NCBI GenBank assembly: GCA_963801165.1
Contig: CAWDDT010000011.1
Coordinates: 1-64,000 of the forward strand
From: an uncultured bacterium
GTDB taxonomy: Bacteria; Actinomycetota; Acidimicrobiia; Spongiisociales; UBA5794
Reading direction: 5' to 3'
Length of the DNA stretch: 64,000 bases
Program-made: the position numbers and the translations under genes
Notes under the pieces: model-generated
Databases searched by the model: none
The model's input: the letters and a program-made list of their open reading frames with translations, nothing else
Told to the model about the DNA's origin: nothing
Shown here: piece after piece, positions 9,787 through 19,310 of the stretch
Layout: every line of letters starts with the position of its first letter
Position numbering within the stretch: position 1 is the stretch's first letter

Positions 9787-10623
9787 GTGGGAATGCAGGA
9801 TGCTGCTTCCTCTCTCGATCAGGCAAACAGCGGAGCCCACCTGACCGGCGCCCATTCTCCGGCGCCGCCGATCCATCGCTACCGGCCCACCCCGGGCCTG
9901 GCCGATCTGGTCCGCAACTTCTGGATCCCGGTGTGGGATCTCCCGCAGGGCCAGGTACAGACCCAGCAGGTACTGCAGTACCCGGTGTGTGTCATCGTTA
10001 TCGCACACGACTACGCACGCTTCTTCGGCCCGAGCTCGGCACTCTCGAGCGTTGATCTCACCGGAAGCGGATGGGCCGTGGGGGTGCTGCTCCAGCCTGC
10101 GGCCGGACACCTCTTGTGGAACCGATCGGTAGCAACCATCACGGACAGCCACGTACCGATAGAAGCGCTCGCAACGATTGCAGGCGCCTCGCTGTGCGAC
10201 CGGGTCCGAGCTTGCATGCAGCCCGATCCCACCGGCGCAGCCAGCCACAAACAGGCAATCGACGCTGTCGAGACCAGCCTGGCGGCGCTTCTCCCCGTCG
10301 ACGGCGATGGTCTCGAAATCAACCTGCTCGTGGAGATGGTCGAGACGGACCCAACCATCATGCGAGTCGACCAGCTCGCCGCGGCGGCGGGAATAGGACA
10401 GCGGGCGTTGCAGCGACTCACGCGGGAGCGACTCGGTCTCTCACCGAAATGGCTGATCCAGAGACGCCGGCTCCACGAAGCGGTAGCGCGGATCAAGACC
10501 GGCGAGGTTTCGCTTGCCGATCTCGCCCACAGCCTCGGCTACGCCGACCAGGCTCACTTCACGCGCGACTTCGCCCGCGTTACCGGAACCACCCCGGGTG
10601 CGTACCTGGCCGATCAACGGTAG
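9787..10623 (+). CDS. AraC-family transcriptional regulator
   Basis: C-terminal RLGLSPKWLIQRRRL..LGYADQAHFTRDF..TGTTPG. Confidence 0.92.
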   Translation: MGMQDAASSLDQANSGAHLTGAHSPAPPIHRYRPTPGLADLVRNFWIPVWDLPQGQVQTQQVLQYPVCVIVIAHDYARFFGPSSALSSVDLTGSGWAVGVLLQPAAGHLLWNRSVATITDSHVPIEALATIAGASLCDRVRACMQPDPTGAASHKQAIDAVETSLAALLPVDGDGLEINLLVEMVETDPTIMRVDQLAAAAGIGQRALQRLTRERLGLSPKWLIQRRRLHEAVARIKTGEVSLADLAHSLGYADQAHFTRDFARVTGTTPGAYLADQR

Positions 10624-10715
10624 GCGCGCCAACTGACGGGCCGCCCAATCATTGTCACCGATTCGGGTCTTTTGGCCCGAACGGATGGGACCCATGGCCC
10701 TATGACCGGGTTTCC

Positions 10716-10738
10716 TTAGTTCCATACTGAGGAACTAA
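10716..10738. promoter_or_regulatory. Inverted repeat, putative Rrf2 autoregulatory operator
   Basis: TTAGTTCC-N7-GGAACTAA, ending on the A of the rrf2 start codon. Confidence 0.6.
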
Positions 10739-11145
10739 TGATATTCAAACTCCACAAGCGAACCGACCTCGCTCTGGCGGCCCTGCGTCACCTCGACAGC
10801 GCACCCCGCGGCAGGTTGACAGGACAGGAACTCGCGGATGAGATCGGGACCACGATCCCGTTTCTCCCCCAGGTGATGTCGCCGCTGATTCGGGCAGGCT
10901 GGGTTAGCTCGGAGCGTGGCCCGGGCGGCGGCTACACGCTCACAGAAGACTCGGCAAGAGCAACTATTTACGACGTCATCGAGGCAACCGAGGGCCCCAC
11001 CGTCACCGGTCGGTGCGTCCTCCGCGACGCGCCGTGTCCCGGTACGGAGCCGTGCAGGGTCCACTTCGTGGCAGACGACGCCCGGGCCGTTCTCATCAAC
11101 GGCTTCCAACAGATCCGTGCGATTGCGCAAGGAGCCCAAGCATGA
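10738..11145 (+). CDS. Rrf2-family transcriptional regulator with 3 Cys (Fe-S, NsrR/IscR-like)
   Basis: SERGPGGGYTL and C-x6-C-x5-C-x2-H; ATGA overlap with nirK. Confidence 0.9.
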   Translation: MIFKLHKRTDLALAALRHLDSAPRGRLTGQELADEIGTTIPFLPQVMSPLIRAGWVSSERGPGGGYTLTEDSARATIYDVIEATEGPTVTGRCVLRDAPCPGTEPCRVHFVADDARAVLINGFQQIRAIAQGAQA

Positions 11146-12761
11146 CACAGACCATCGAGCGCCCGCAGGAATCCACCAAGACACAGCCCGTTCCGGCACA
11201 TCCGCACTACACGCTCGGGACCCTGACCGCCGTCGCCCTCATAGGCACTCTGGTCGCCATCGCCATAGGGATCGCGGCACTGATGATCACCGCCGGTCGC
11301 AATTCGGTCGATGATGCCCTCGTGGCCGAGAAGGTCGACGCCGCGCTGGCTTCCGCCGAGCTGCCGGCACAGAACATAACCGCGTCGTCGGGAAGCGTCA
11401 TCCCGTCGGGAAGCGTCATCCCCGACCTGGTTCCGAAGGCCGACCTAGCACCGGCGCCGGCCGGTGAGGTGAACGTGGCGACTGCCCCCGATGTGCCACC
11501 ACCGAGCCAGCGGACGACACCTGCGATCGTCGAGGTGGGCTTCGAGGTGGTCGAGGGTGTCACCAGCATCGACCCGGAGACCGGTGTCGATTTCGAGACC
11601 TGGGGGTTCAAGGTCGCCGATGGTGACGCGAGCGTTGTCTCGGGCACGCCGGGACCGGTGATTCGAGCCCGGGTCGGGGACGTGCTGCGGCTGACGCTGA
11701 CCAACCCGGCGACGAGCACCCACCCCCACAACATCGACCTGCACGCCGTCAGCGGCCAGGGTGGCGGTGCCGCAGCTCTCACCGTGGCTCCCGGTGAGAG
11801 CAAGACAATCGAGGCGCGGTTGCTGTACCCCGGCTTCTTCATGTACCACTGTGCCGCCGGTGACGTCCCGGCCCATATCGCCCACGGGATGTACGGCGGG
11901 ATCCTGGTCGACCCGGAGACGCCGCTGCCGGCGGTGGATCACGAGTGGTACGTCGTCCAATCCGAGTTCTACACAACCGGAACCGAGGCCGGCGTAGCGG
12001 ACTTCGATCGCCAGGCGCTCACCGACGAGAACCCGACGTTCGTCGTCTTCAACGGCGCCAGGGGCTCACTCACCGGCGACAACGCCCTGAAGATGGCCGT
12101 GGGTGAGCGGTCACGCATCTACTTCATCGACGCGGGCCCGGACCTCGACTCCAACTTCCACCCCATCGGCTCACACTGGGACGCCGTCTACCCCGAAGCT
12201 GCGCTCCTCAACCCACCCCGGCGTGGTTCCCAGACCACCCTGGTGCCGGCAGGTGGCGGTGTTGTCGTGGACGTCATCGGCCAGGTGCCGGCAACGATCC
12301 TCCTTGTTGACCACGCCATCTCGCGGGCATTCGACAAAGGCGCCATCGGGCAGATCGTCGTCAGCGGCAACGAGCAGCCGGAGATCTTCGAGGTGGTGGA
12401 CCCGGGTGACGGCGCGGCCGCTCCCACCACGGCTGCTCCTGCTGCGACCGGCGAGAACGTGTCAATCCTGAAAAACGCGTTCCAGACACAAGCTCTGGAC
12501 GCCGCCGACGAGTTCGCGGACAGCGAACACCCCGCCGACTTCTCCGTGAACGTCCTCACCATCAAGCCGGGAACGACCGTCACCTGGACCAACGACGACC
12601 CCGGGATGCTGCACACGATCACCGCCGTCGACGGATCGTTCGACTCCGGCTTTCTCAACGAGGGCGACACCTGGTCTCACACATTCAACGATCCGGGCGA
12701 ATTCGAGTACTTCTGCACACCGCACCCGTGGATGAGGGCAAAGGTCATCGTCGAAGGATGA
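11142..12761 (+). CDS. nirK: Copper-containing nitrite reductase with N-terminal membrane anchor and C-terminal cupredoxin domain
   Basis: PGPVIRARVGD, HNIDLHAV, MYHC..HIAHGMYG, FHPIG, LVDH; extra C-terminal H..YFCTPHPWM domain. Confidence 0.88.
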   Translation: MTQTIERPQESTKTQPVPAHPHYTLGTLTAVALIGTLVAIAIGIAALMITAGRNSVDDALVAEKVDAALASAELPAQNITASSGSVIPSGSVIPDLVPKADLAPAPAGEVNVATAPDVPPPSQRTTPAIVEVGFEVVEGVTSIDPETGVDFETWGFKVADGDASVVSGTPGPVIRARVGDVLRLTLTNPATSTHPHNIDLHAVSGQGGGAAALTVAPGESKTIEARLLYPGFFMYHCAAGDVPAHIAHGMYGGILVDPETPLPAVDHEWYVVQSEFYTTGTEAGVADFDRQALTDENPTFVVFNGARGSLTGDNALKMAVGERSRIYFIDAGPDLDSNFHPIGSHWDAVYPEAALLNPPRRGSQTTLVPAGGGVVVDVIGQVPATILLVDHAISRAFDKGAIGQIVVSGNEQPEIFEVVDPGDGAAAPTTAAPAATGENVSILKNAFQTQALDAADEFADSEHPADFSVNVLTIKPGTTVTWTNDDPGMLHTITAVDGSFDSGFLNEGDTWSHTFNDPGEFEYFCTPHPWMRAKVIVEG

Positions 12762-12924
12762 CGCTCGAGGTCAACGGGCCCGCTCACCGATAGTGATGGC
12801 GCACAGCTGACCATGTCACAAGAAGGCGGCGAGGGTCGAAAACCGGCTCCTCCCCCAGGCGCTCGCCGGCCCCGCCGCCTTCACCGCTGAGCGTGGCGAG
12901 CCCGGAACGACTATTTTCGCGGGT

Positions 12925-14472
12925 ATGGACGAAACCAAGTTCATCCTCGCTATCGACCTCGGCACTTCGGGCCCGAAAGTTGCCCTGGTCGGAGACGACG
13001 GCACCCTCACCGGCAGCGACTTCGAGCCCGTCGAGTTGCTGCTCCTCCCCGGCGGCGGCGCCGAGCAAGACCCCAACGCCTGGTGGTCCGCCATCGTCGC
13101 CGCGACGAAGCGCACCCTCGCCGCCAAGCCCGACGCCGAAGTCACGGCGGTGTGTGTGACGAGTCAATGGTCCGGCACCGTCGCCATCGGTCACGACGGG
13201 AACGCCATCGGCAATGCGATCGTCTGGATGGACACCCGCGGCGCCGGCTATGTCGAGAAGCTCATCGGCGGCCCGGTTCAGTTCCAGGGCTACGACCCGC
13301 GCAAGGCGCGGAAGTGGGTGAGTCTCACTGGTGGCGCCCCGTCGGGGGCAGGCAAGGACCCGATCGCCCACATCCTCTGGCTGCGCAACGAACGCCCCGA
13401 CGTCTACCGCAGCACCAGGGTGTTCCTGGAGCCGAAGGACTACATCAACTACCGGCTGACAGGTGAAGTCACCGCGACTTTCGACTCGATCACCCTCCAC
13501 TGGGTAACCGACAACCGCGACCCGAACGCGGTCACCTACGACGACGATCTACTTGCCTATGCCGGTTTGGACCGCAGCGTGCTCCCCGATCTCCTTCCTG
13601 CCACCGCAGTGGTCGGCGGGCTCGCCGAGAGCGCCGCTACGGATCTCGGGCTCCCTGCGGGCATCCCCGTCCTCGGCGGAACCCCCGACCTGCACTCAGC
13701 CGCCATCGGCTCGGGCACCACCGGCGACGTCGCCGGGTCGCTGTACATAGGCACGTCGTCGTGGATCGTCTGCCACGTCCCGTTCAAGAAAACGGACCTC
13801 ATCCACAACATCGCATCGTTGCCCGCCGCCATCCCCGGTCGCTACCTCGTGGCCAACGAGCAGGAGACGGCCGGCAAGGCACTGGAGTGGCTCTCCTACA
13901 TCCTCTACCCCGACAACCCGGATCGTGTCTCCGTCTTCGAGCGGATGAACGACATCGCACTCACCGTCGCTCCCGGCAGCGGTGGTGTCATCTTCACCCC
14001 TTGGCTGTTCGGGGAACGCACCCCGGTCGAGGACCACACGCTGCGCGGCGGGTTCTTCAACCAGTCGCTCGACACCGGCGCCCCCGAGATGATCCGAGCG
14101 GTCTTCGAAGGGGTCGCCTACAACCTCCGCTGGTTGCTCGGCACCGTCGAGAAGTTCGCCGGCGCCCGGCTCGACCCGATCGTCATGGCAGGCGGTGGTG
14201 CTCGTTCCGTTCTCTGGGCGCAGATCCTCGCGGACGTGCTCGGACGAACCATCGAGCGTGCCGCCGACCCGATCATGGTCAACGTGCGTGGAGCCGGTTT
14301 GCTCGGTCACGCTGCTCTCGGGCACATCGCCTGGGCCGACATTCCGCGGTTGGTGCCCATCGCAGACGTGCACCGCCCCAACACGGCCAATTCCGGGGTC
14401 TACGACCGGCTCTACGATGCGTTTCTCCGCATCCACAAGAACAACAGGCGAACCTACAGGAAGCTCAACTAG
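12925..14472 (+). CDS. FGGY-family carbohydrate kinase (xylulokinase-like)
   Basis: AIDLGTSGPK, IVWMDTR, PWLFGERTP, GGGARS; leaderless TATTTT-7nt-ATG. Confidence 0.9.
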   Translation: MDETKFILAIDLGTSGPKVALVGDDGTLTGSDFEPVELLLLPGGGAEQDPNAWWSAIVAATKRTLAAKPDAEVTAVCVTSQWSGTVAIGHDGNAIGNAIVWMDTRGAGYVEKLIGGPVQFQGYDPRKARKWVSLTGGAPSGAGKDPIAHILWLRNERPDVYRSTRVFLEPKDYINYRLTGEVTATFDSITLHWVTDNRDPNAVTYDDDLLAYAGLDRSVLPDLLPATAVVGGLAESAATDLGLPAGIPVLGGTPDLHSAAIGSGTTGDVAGSLYIGTSSWIVCHVPFKKTDLIHNIASLPAAIPGRYLVANEQETAGKALEWLSYILYPDNPDRVSVFERMNDIALTVAPGSGGVIFTPWLFGERTPVEDHTLRGGFFNQSLDTGAPEMIRAVFEGVAYNLRWLLGTVEKFAGARLDPIVMAGGGARSVLWAQILADVLGRTIERAADPIMVNVRGAGLLGHAALGHIAWADIPRLVPIADVHRPNTANSGVYDRLYDAFLRIHKNNRRTYRKLN

Positions 14473-14478
14473 GCCGAC

Positions 14479-15978
14479 ATGTCGCTCACGACCCTGGCGG
14501 AACGCATTCTGTCCAAGCTCCCTGCCCGGGCGGCCGAGGCAATCTACGGCGGCGCCCGCCGCATTCCCAGGGTGCGGCGTCTTCTCGAGTCCGAGTACAC
14601 CGAGATGCTCGACTCCGCCCCCATCCCCAACGTATCGGGAGACACCGTCTACGAAGCCATCCCCGTGACACCGTTGAGCCGGGACGAGATAATCGCCGCG
14701 GTCACGGCACTGGCCCGCGCCGAAGAGGACGACGGTCGCCAGAACCGGGCCTCCGGCGCCGTCTATCACGGCGGCTCCGATCACATCAAGTTGCTCAACG
14801 AGGTCTACGCCATCAACTCGCAGTCGAACCCTCTGCACATCGACTTATGGCCGTCCGCGATGAAGTTCGAGGCCGAAGTCGTCGCCATGACGGCGGCGAT
14901 GCTCGGCGGCGAGGTCACGAGCGACGAGATCGTCGGGACGGTCACCTCGGGTGGCACCGAGTCGATCATCATGGCCATGAAGGCCTACCGGGACCGGGCA
15001 GGAGTGCGCCGCCCGGAGATGGTGGTTCCCGCTTCGGCGCACGTCGCCTTCGACAAGGCCGCCCACTACCTCGGCTACAAGCAGATCAAGGTCCCGGTCG
15101 GGCCCGACTACCGGGCCGACGCGTCCGCCATGGCGAGGGCGGTCACCCGAAGGACCGTGGTCGTCGCCGGTTCCGCTCCCGGGTTCCCCCACGGGGTCAT
15201 CGACCCGATCTCCCAGTTGTCCGACATGGCCAGGGAACGAGGTATCGGGTTCCACACCGACGCCTGTCTCGGTGGCTTCATCCTCCCCTGGGCACGACGG
15301 CTCGGCTACGACATCCCGCCATTCGACTTCCGTCTACCCGGCGTCACTTCGATGTCGGCCGACACGCACAAATACGGGTACGCCGCCAAGGGGACCTCGG
15401 TCGTGCTCTACCGGGGACGGGAGCTGCGCCACCACCAGTTCTACGTCGCCGCCGATTGGCCGGGCGGGCTCTACTACTCACCCACCATGGCGGGCAGCCG
15501 GCCCGGAGCGTTAGTGGCAACGGCGTGGGCGTCGCTGCTGTCGATGGGTGAGCGGGGCTACCTCGAGGCCACCAAGGCGATCCTGGAGACCGGCGCCAAG
15601 GTACGGGCCGGAGTCGAGGCGATTCCGGACCTGCGCGTGCTCGGCGACCCGCTATGGGTGATCAGCTTCACCTCCGATGCTGTCAACATCTACGAGGTGA
15701 TGGCTCGAATGAGCGAGCGGGGGTGGAGCCTGAACGGGCTGCACCACCCGCCGGCCGTCCACATGGCGCTGACGCTGCGTCACACCCAGCCGGGGGTGGC
15801 CGAGGCATTCTTGAACGATCTCGCTTGGGCCGTCGATGAAGCCCGCAAAACGGGCGCCGAGCCCCAGACCGGCGCCGCGCCCATCTATGGGATGGCGGCA
15901 ACCTTCCCCGCCCGTGGCGCCGTCGGCGACCTGCTCCGCCGCTATATCGACAAGATCTACGAGGTGCGGCGCCGCTAA
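14479..15978 (+). CDS. Sphingosine-1-phosphate lyase-like PLP enzyme
   Basis: SGAVYHG, NPLH, TSGGTESI, HTDACLGGF, SADTHKYGYAAKG, YYSPTMAGSRPG, APIYGMA. Confidence 0.88.
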   Translation: MSLTTLAERILSKLPARAAEAIYGGARRIPRVRRLLESEYTEMLDSAPIPNVSGDTVYEAIPVTPLSRDEIIAAVTALARAEEDDGRQNRASGAVYHGGSDHIKLLNEVYAINSQSNPLHIDLWPSAMKFEAEVVAMTAAMLGGEVTSDEIVGTVTSGGTESIIMAMKAYRDRAGVRRPEMVVPASAHVAFDKAAHYLGYKQIKVPVGPDYRADASAMARAVTRRTVVVAGSAPGFPHGVIDPISQLSDMARERGIGFHTDACLGGFILPWARRLGYDIPPFDFRLPGVTSMSADTHKYGYAAKGTSVVLYRGRELRHHQFYVAADWPGGLYYSPTMAGSRPGALVATAWASLLSMGERGYLEATKAILETGAKVRAGVEAIPDLRVLGDPLWVISFTSDAVNIYEVMARMSERGWSLNGLHHPPAVHMALTLRHTQPGVAEAFLNDLAWAVDEARKTGAEPQTGAAPIYGMAATFPARGAVGDLLRRYIDKIYEVRRR

Positions 15979-16096
15979 ACGCCACCTCGGTCCACGGTGC
16001 CGAGTGTGGGATCGTCCGACGACTCAGTCACCACCGTAAGGCCGCGAGACTCACGAGGAATCGAACGATTCCTCCTCCCCGACAAGTGGATTGGAC

Positions 16097-17293
16097 CTAC
16101 CAGCGTGGACCGATGTAGCGAGCTCGGGGACGAAACCGGAGCGGCGCCTCCGTCATTTCCTCCAGCCCGTGGGCGATCCATCCCGCAGTGCGGGCAATCG
16201 CAAACACCGCCTCACCAGCGTCGGGGTGCATCCCCGCCAACCAGGTGAGCGAACCGAGCGCGAGGTCGACGTTGGGAACCGCGTCCGTGCGCGAACCCAC
16301 GAGCTCACGAAGCTCGTGGACCATCGGCAGTCGCGGGTCTTCACTCCACGCAGCATCGACCCTGCTCATCAAGGCCTGGTAGCGGGGATCCTCGGTTCGA
16401 TAGATCTTGTGACCAAAGCCGGGTACGTCACCGCCGGTTCGCCGCTGCGTATCACCGACCGCCCCGGCGAGGCCGGAGGCATCCGAGGCAGCTGCCAGCA
16501 GCCTATGCACGGCACCACTGGCCGCCCCGTGCAACCCACCGCCGACGACACCAAGACCGGCCGTCACGATGGAGTAGGGATCGGCCCGAACCGAGGCGGC
16601 GACACGGGCGGCGACGGTCGATGCCGCCAACCCATGGTCGACGAGCAGCGTCAGCGCGGTGTCGAGGGCGCCGGTCTGCCGGGTGCCGGCCATGGTCGGG
16701 CTGAGACACGACCACAGCGCGGATGCAAGCGGGGTCGAGGGGCTATCGGGTGCCGCAGTCTGCGGGGAGAGGCCGGCGACCATGGCGAGGAGCAGACCAC
16801 GCCCCGCCTTGTGCACGGCGACCGGTGACAGATCGAAACGCAGCGGATCGAGTGCGGCGACAACCGCAGTGGTGACACGAAGTCGCCCGGTGAGCGGGAT
16901 CGCCTCGGGAAGCGCCGATTGCGCCCGGCACACTGCGGCTTCGGTCCCGGAGGGAAGTACCCACTCGCCGCCAACGTCGCCCCACAGCCAGTCAACAGCG
17001 TCCTCATAGGACATACCGGAATCGGCCATCTCGATGAGGCTGCGCCCCCGGACCCGCAGCTCACCGTCGGCAACATGGGTCAGCCCGGTGCTTACGACCG
17101 CATCCAGCTCTCCTTCGGCGATGCGGCGGCGCCTGGTGCGAAATGCGTCGACCTCGGCGGCGTCGAACAGCGAGGTGCGGCCATCCAACGCCACGCGACG
17201 CCTCAGCAGCCCGCGACTGACGTACGCATACAGGGTGGCTCGTTTGACGCCGAGGCGCGCCGCCGCCTCAGCCGTGGTGAGATCATCCATCAT
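16097..17293 (-). CDS. HTH-citrate-synthase fusion protein (probable regulator)
   Basis: N-terminal LTTAEAAARLGVKRATLYAYVSRG HTH, then CS fold with DHG, LHGAA, GFGH and NVD. Confidence 0.85.
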   Translation of the reverse strand: MMDDLTTAEAAARLGVKRATLYAYVSRGLLRRRVALDGRTSLFDAAEVDAFRTRRRRIAEGELDAVVSTGLTHVADGELRVRGRSLIEMADSGMSYEDAVDWLWGDVGGEWVLPSGTEAAVCRAQSALPEAIPLTGRLRVTTAVVAALDPLRFDLSPVAVHKAGRGLLLAMVAGLSPQTAAPDSPSTPLASALWSCLSPTMAGTRQTGALDTALTLLVDHGLAASTVAARVAASVRADPYSIVTAGLGVVGGGLHGAASGAVHRLLAAASDASGLAGAVGDTQRRTGGDVPGFGHKIYRTEDPRYQALMSRVDAAWSEDPRLPMVHELRELVGSRTDAVPNVDLALGSLTWLAGMHPDAGEAVFAIARTAGWIAHGLEEMTEAPLRFRPRARYIGPRW

Positions 17294-17313
17294 CTGATGT
17301 GTATCGAATCAAC

Positions 17314-17337
17314 GTTGACATGATCAATATTGTCAAC
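17314..17337. promoter_or_regulatory. Inverted repeat operator between the divergent CS genes
   Basis: GTTGACA-N10-TGTCAAC in an AT-rich gap with ATCAA/TTGA half-sites. Confidence 0.6.
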
Positions 17338-17364
17338 ATCTAGGGAGCAGTGCAAGCTAGCGCC

Positions 17365-18501
17365 ATGACTGCCATCACTACGGCCCCGCCCGGCCTGAAG
17401 GGTCTCGCCATCGCCGACACCACGATTGGTGGTGTGCGCGGCGACGAGGGCTTCTACCACTACCGCCAGTACGACGCGACCCGGGTCGCCGCCGGGTACC
17501 CGTTCGAGGACGTCGCACACCTCCTGCTGGTAGGGAGCTTGCCGACCCGGCTCGAGAACACCCGGTTCCGCACCCAACTCGCCGGCGCCAGGCATCTCCC
17601 GGACACCGTGACCGCACTCGCCGATGGCTTTGCGGCAACGGGCTCCGAGCCGCTCACAGCTTTGCGGGGTCTTCTCGCAGTGGCCGTGAAGCCCACGCCG
17701 ACGCTCGACCAGAGCGAGCCGGAACGACGAGCGGCGGCGATAGCGGCGATCGGAGCGACGCCGACAATCCTGGCGGCCGTCCATCGCCGGCGGCACGGAA
17801 TGACATCGCTCGCACCCGACCCGGCAATGGCGCACGCCGCGGACTATGTCCGCATGGTCACCGGAACGACTCCCTCCGCCGAGCACGCCCGCGCCGTTGA
17901 GACTTATCTCTCTCTTGCCGCCGACCACGGGTTCAACGCGTCGACCTTCACCGGAAGGGTGATCACGTCGACCGGCGCCGACGTCGCCGGAGCGCTGGTC
18001 GGGGCGATCGCTGCGCTGTCCGGGCCGCTCCACGGCGGGGCTCCCAGCCGCGTTCTCGACATGCTCGACGCGATCGGCGATCCGGCCAACGCCGCGCAGT
18101 GGGCGCACACGGAGCTAGCCGCCGGTCGCAAGCTCATGGGTTTCGGCCATGCCGTTTACCGGGCGGAGGATCCCCGCAGTCGTCTCCTGCACGAGACGGC
18201 CCGTACCCTCGGTGGCGAGCTCGTCGAGCGGGCGGAGCGGATCGAGGGCCGGCTGCTGGGTGTCCTGCAGGAGTGGCGTCCGGAGGCGACCATCGTCACC
18301 AACGTCGAGTACTACGCCGCCATCGTTATGCATCTCGCCGGCATCCCTCAGGAGATGTTCACTGCCACCTTCACCGTGGGGCGCGTCGTCGGCTGGGCGG
18401 CTCACATCCTCGAGCAAGCGAGCAACAACAAGATCATGCGTCCCAGCGCCAACTATGTCGGACCGGAACCGACGATCGACCTCCCCGCGACAACGGCGTA
18501 G
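17365..18501 (+). CDS. Citrate/2-methylcitrate synthase family (CitA-like)
   Basis: DHGFNASTF, GPLHGGA, MGFGHAVY..DPR, TNVEYY. Confidence 0.9.
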   Translation: MTAITTAPPGLKGLAIADTTIGGVRGDEGFYHYRQYDATRVAAGYPFEDVAHLLLVGSLPTRLENTRFRTQLAGARHLPDTVTALADGFAATGSEPLTALRGLLAVAVKPTPTLDQSEPERRAAAIAAIGATPTILAAVHRRRHGMTSLAPDPAMAHAADYVRMVTGTTPSAEHARAVETYLSLAADHGFNASTFTGRVITSTGADVAGALVGAIAALSGPLHGGAPSRVLDMLDAIGDPANAAQWAHTELAAGRKLMGFGHAVYRAEDPRSRLLHETARTLGGELVERAERIEGRLLGVLQEWRPEATIVTNVEYYAAIVMHLAGIPQEMFTATFTVGRVVGWAAHILEQASNNKIMRPSANYVGPEPTIDLPATTA

Positions 18502-18531
18502 GCCGATCTCACGAGCGCCCCCGAGCCCGGC

Positions 18532-19050
18532 TCAATCTCCTGCGCTGGAACGATTCGCCGTAGCGACCATGCCCGAGCGTATCCAAGCGACGACCACGAA
18601 CGGGATGGTGCCGCCGAGGAGCAGGACGAACTTGAAAACTGCCGCGCTTGCCTTGATACCGGCCAGCCAACTCGCCCCACGCCCCTGTAGCAGGACGAGC
18701 AGCAGCACGTTCTCGACGACATCGAGCAGACCAGCCACGATCGCGACTCTCATGAACCAGGTGCCGGCGCGTGCCCACCCTTCTGTACCGCCCCGATCCC
18801 CTGCCCGCAGCGCAAGCCCACCGGCGGCGAGCACGTAGGTGATGATGAACCCGAAGTCGAGCAAAGTGCCCCATCGCACCGCAGCAACCGAGTGGCCGGT
18901 CTTCTCGAGAGTCTCGAGAGCATCGCGGAACCCCGCCGTCGTGCGGGCGAGCTCGAGAGGTACAACCGAGCCTCCGACGACAATGGTGACGGTTCCGAGG
19001 GCCAACGAGCCGGCGAGCACCGCCCACAACAGCCACCGTCGCCGCGCCAT
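18532..19050 (-). CDS. Hypothetical membrane protein (about 4 TM)
   Basis: Hydrophobic segments with LLDFGFIITY and LLDVVEN..L..K(F) pattern. Confidence 0.7.
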   Translation of the reverse strand: MARRRWLLWAVLAGSLALGTVTIVVGGSVVPLELARTTAGFRDALETLEKTGHSVAAVRWGTLLDFGFIITYVLAAGGLALRAGDRGGTEGWARAGTWFMRVAIVAGLLDVVENVLLLVLLQGRGASWLAGIKASAAVFKFVLLLGGTIPFVVVAWIRSGMVATANRSSAGD

Positions 19051-19310
19051 GCCGGTCTCCTGACCGGCATCGGCCAGCCACCGGATCGGCTTCTCCAGCA
19101 CGAACAAACGAACGACACCGCCTCCCGGATTGTCACGACCCCCGGTCACCCGGTGGGCCGCGATTCCCCTTGAATGTACCTTTCGACAGCGCATCAGAGC
19201 CAGCCACGCGCCTGCCTAAACAGACACTTTCGTTTGGAAGCACCCCTATCGGCCATCTACCGTGAACCCTGAGTGGCGTGCTTCGTACGCCCTCGGAGGA
19301 GGAATTCGAC

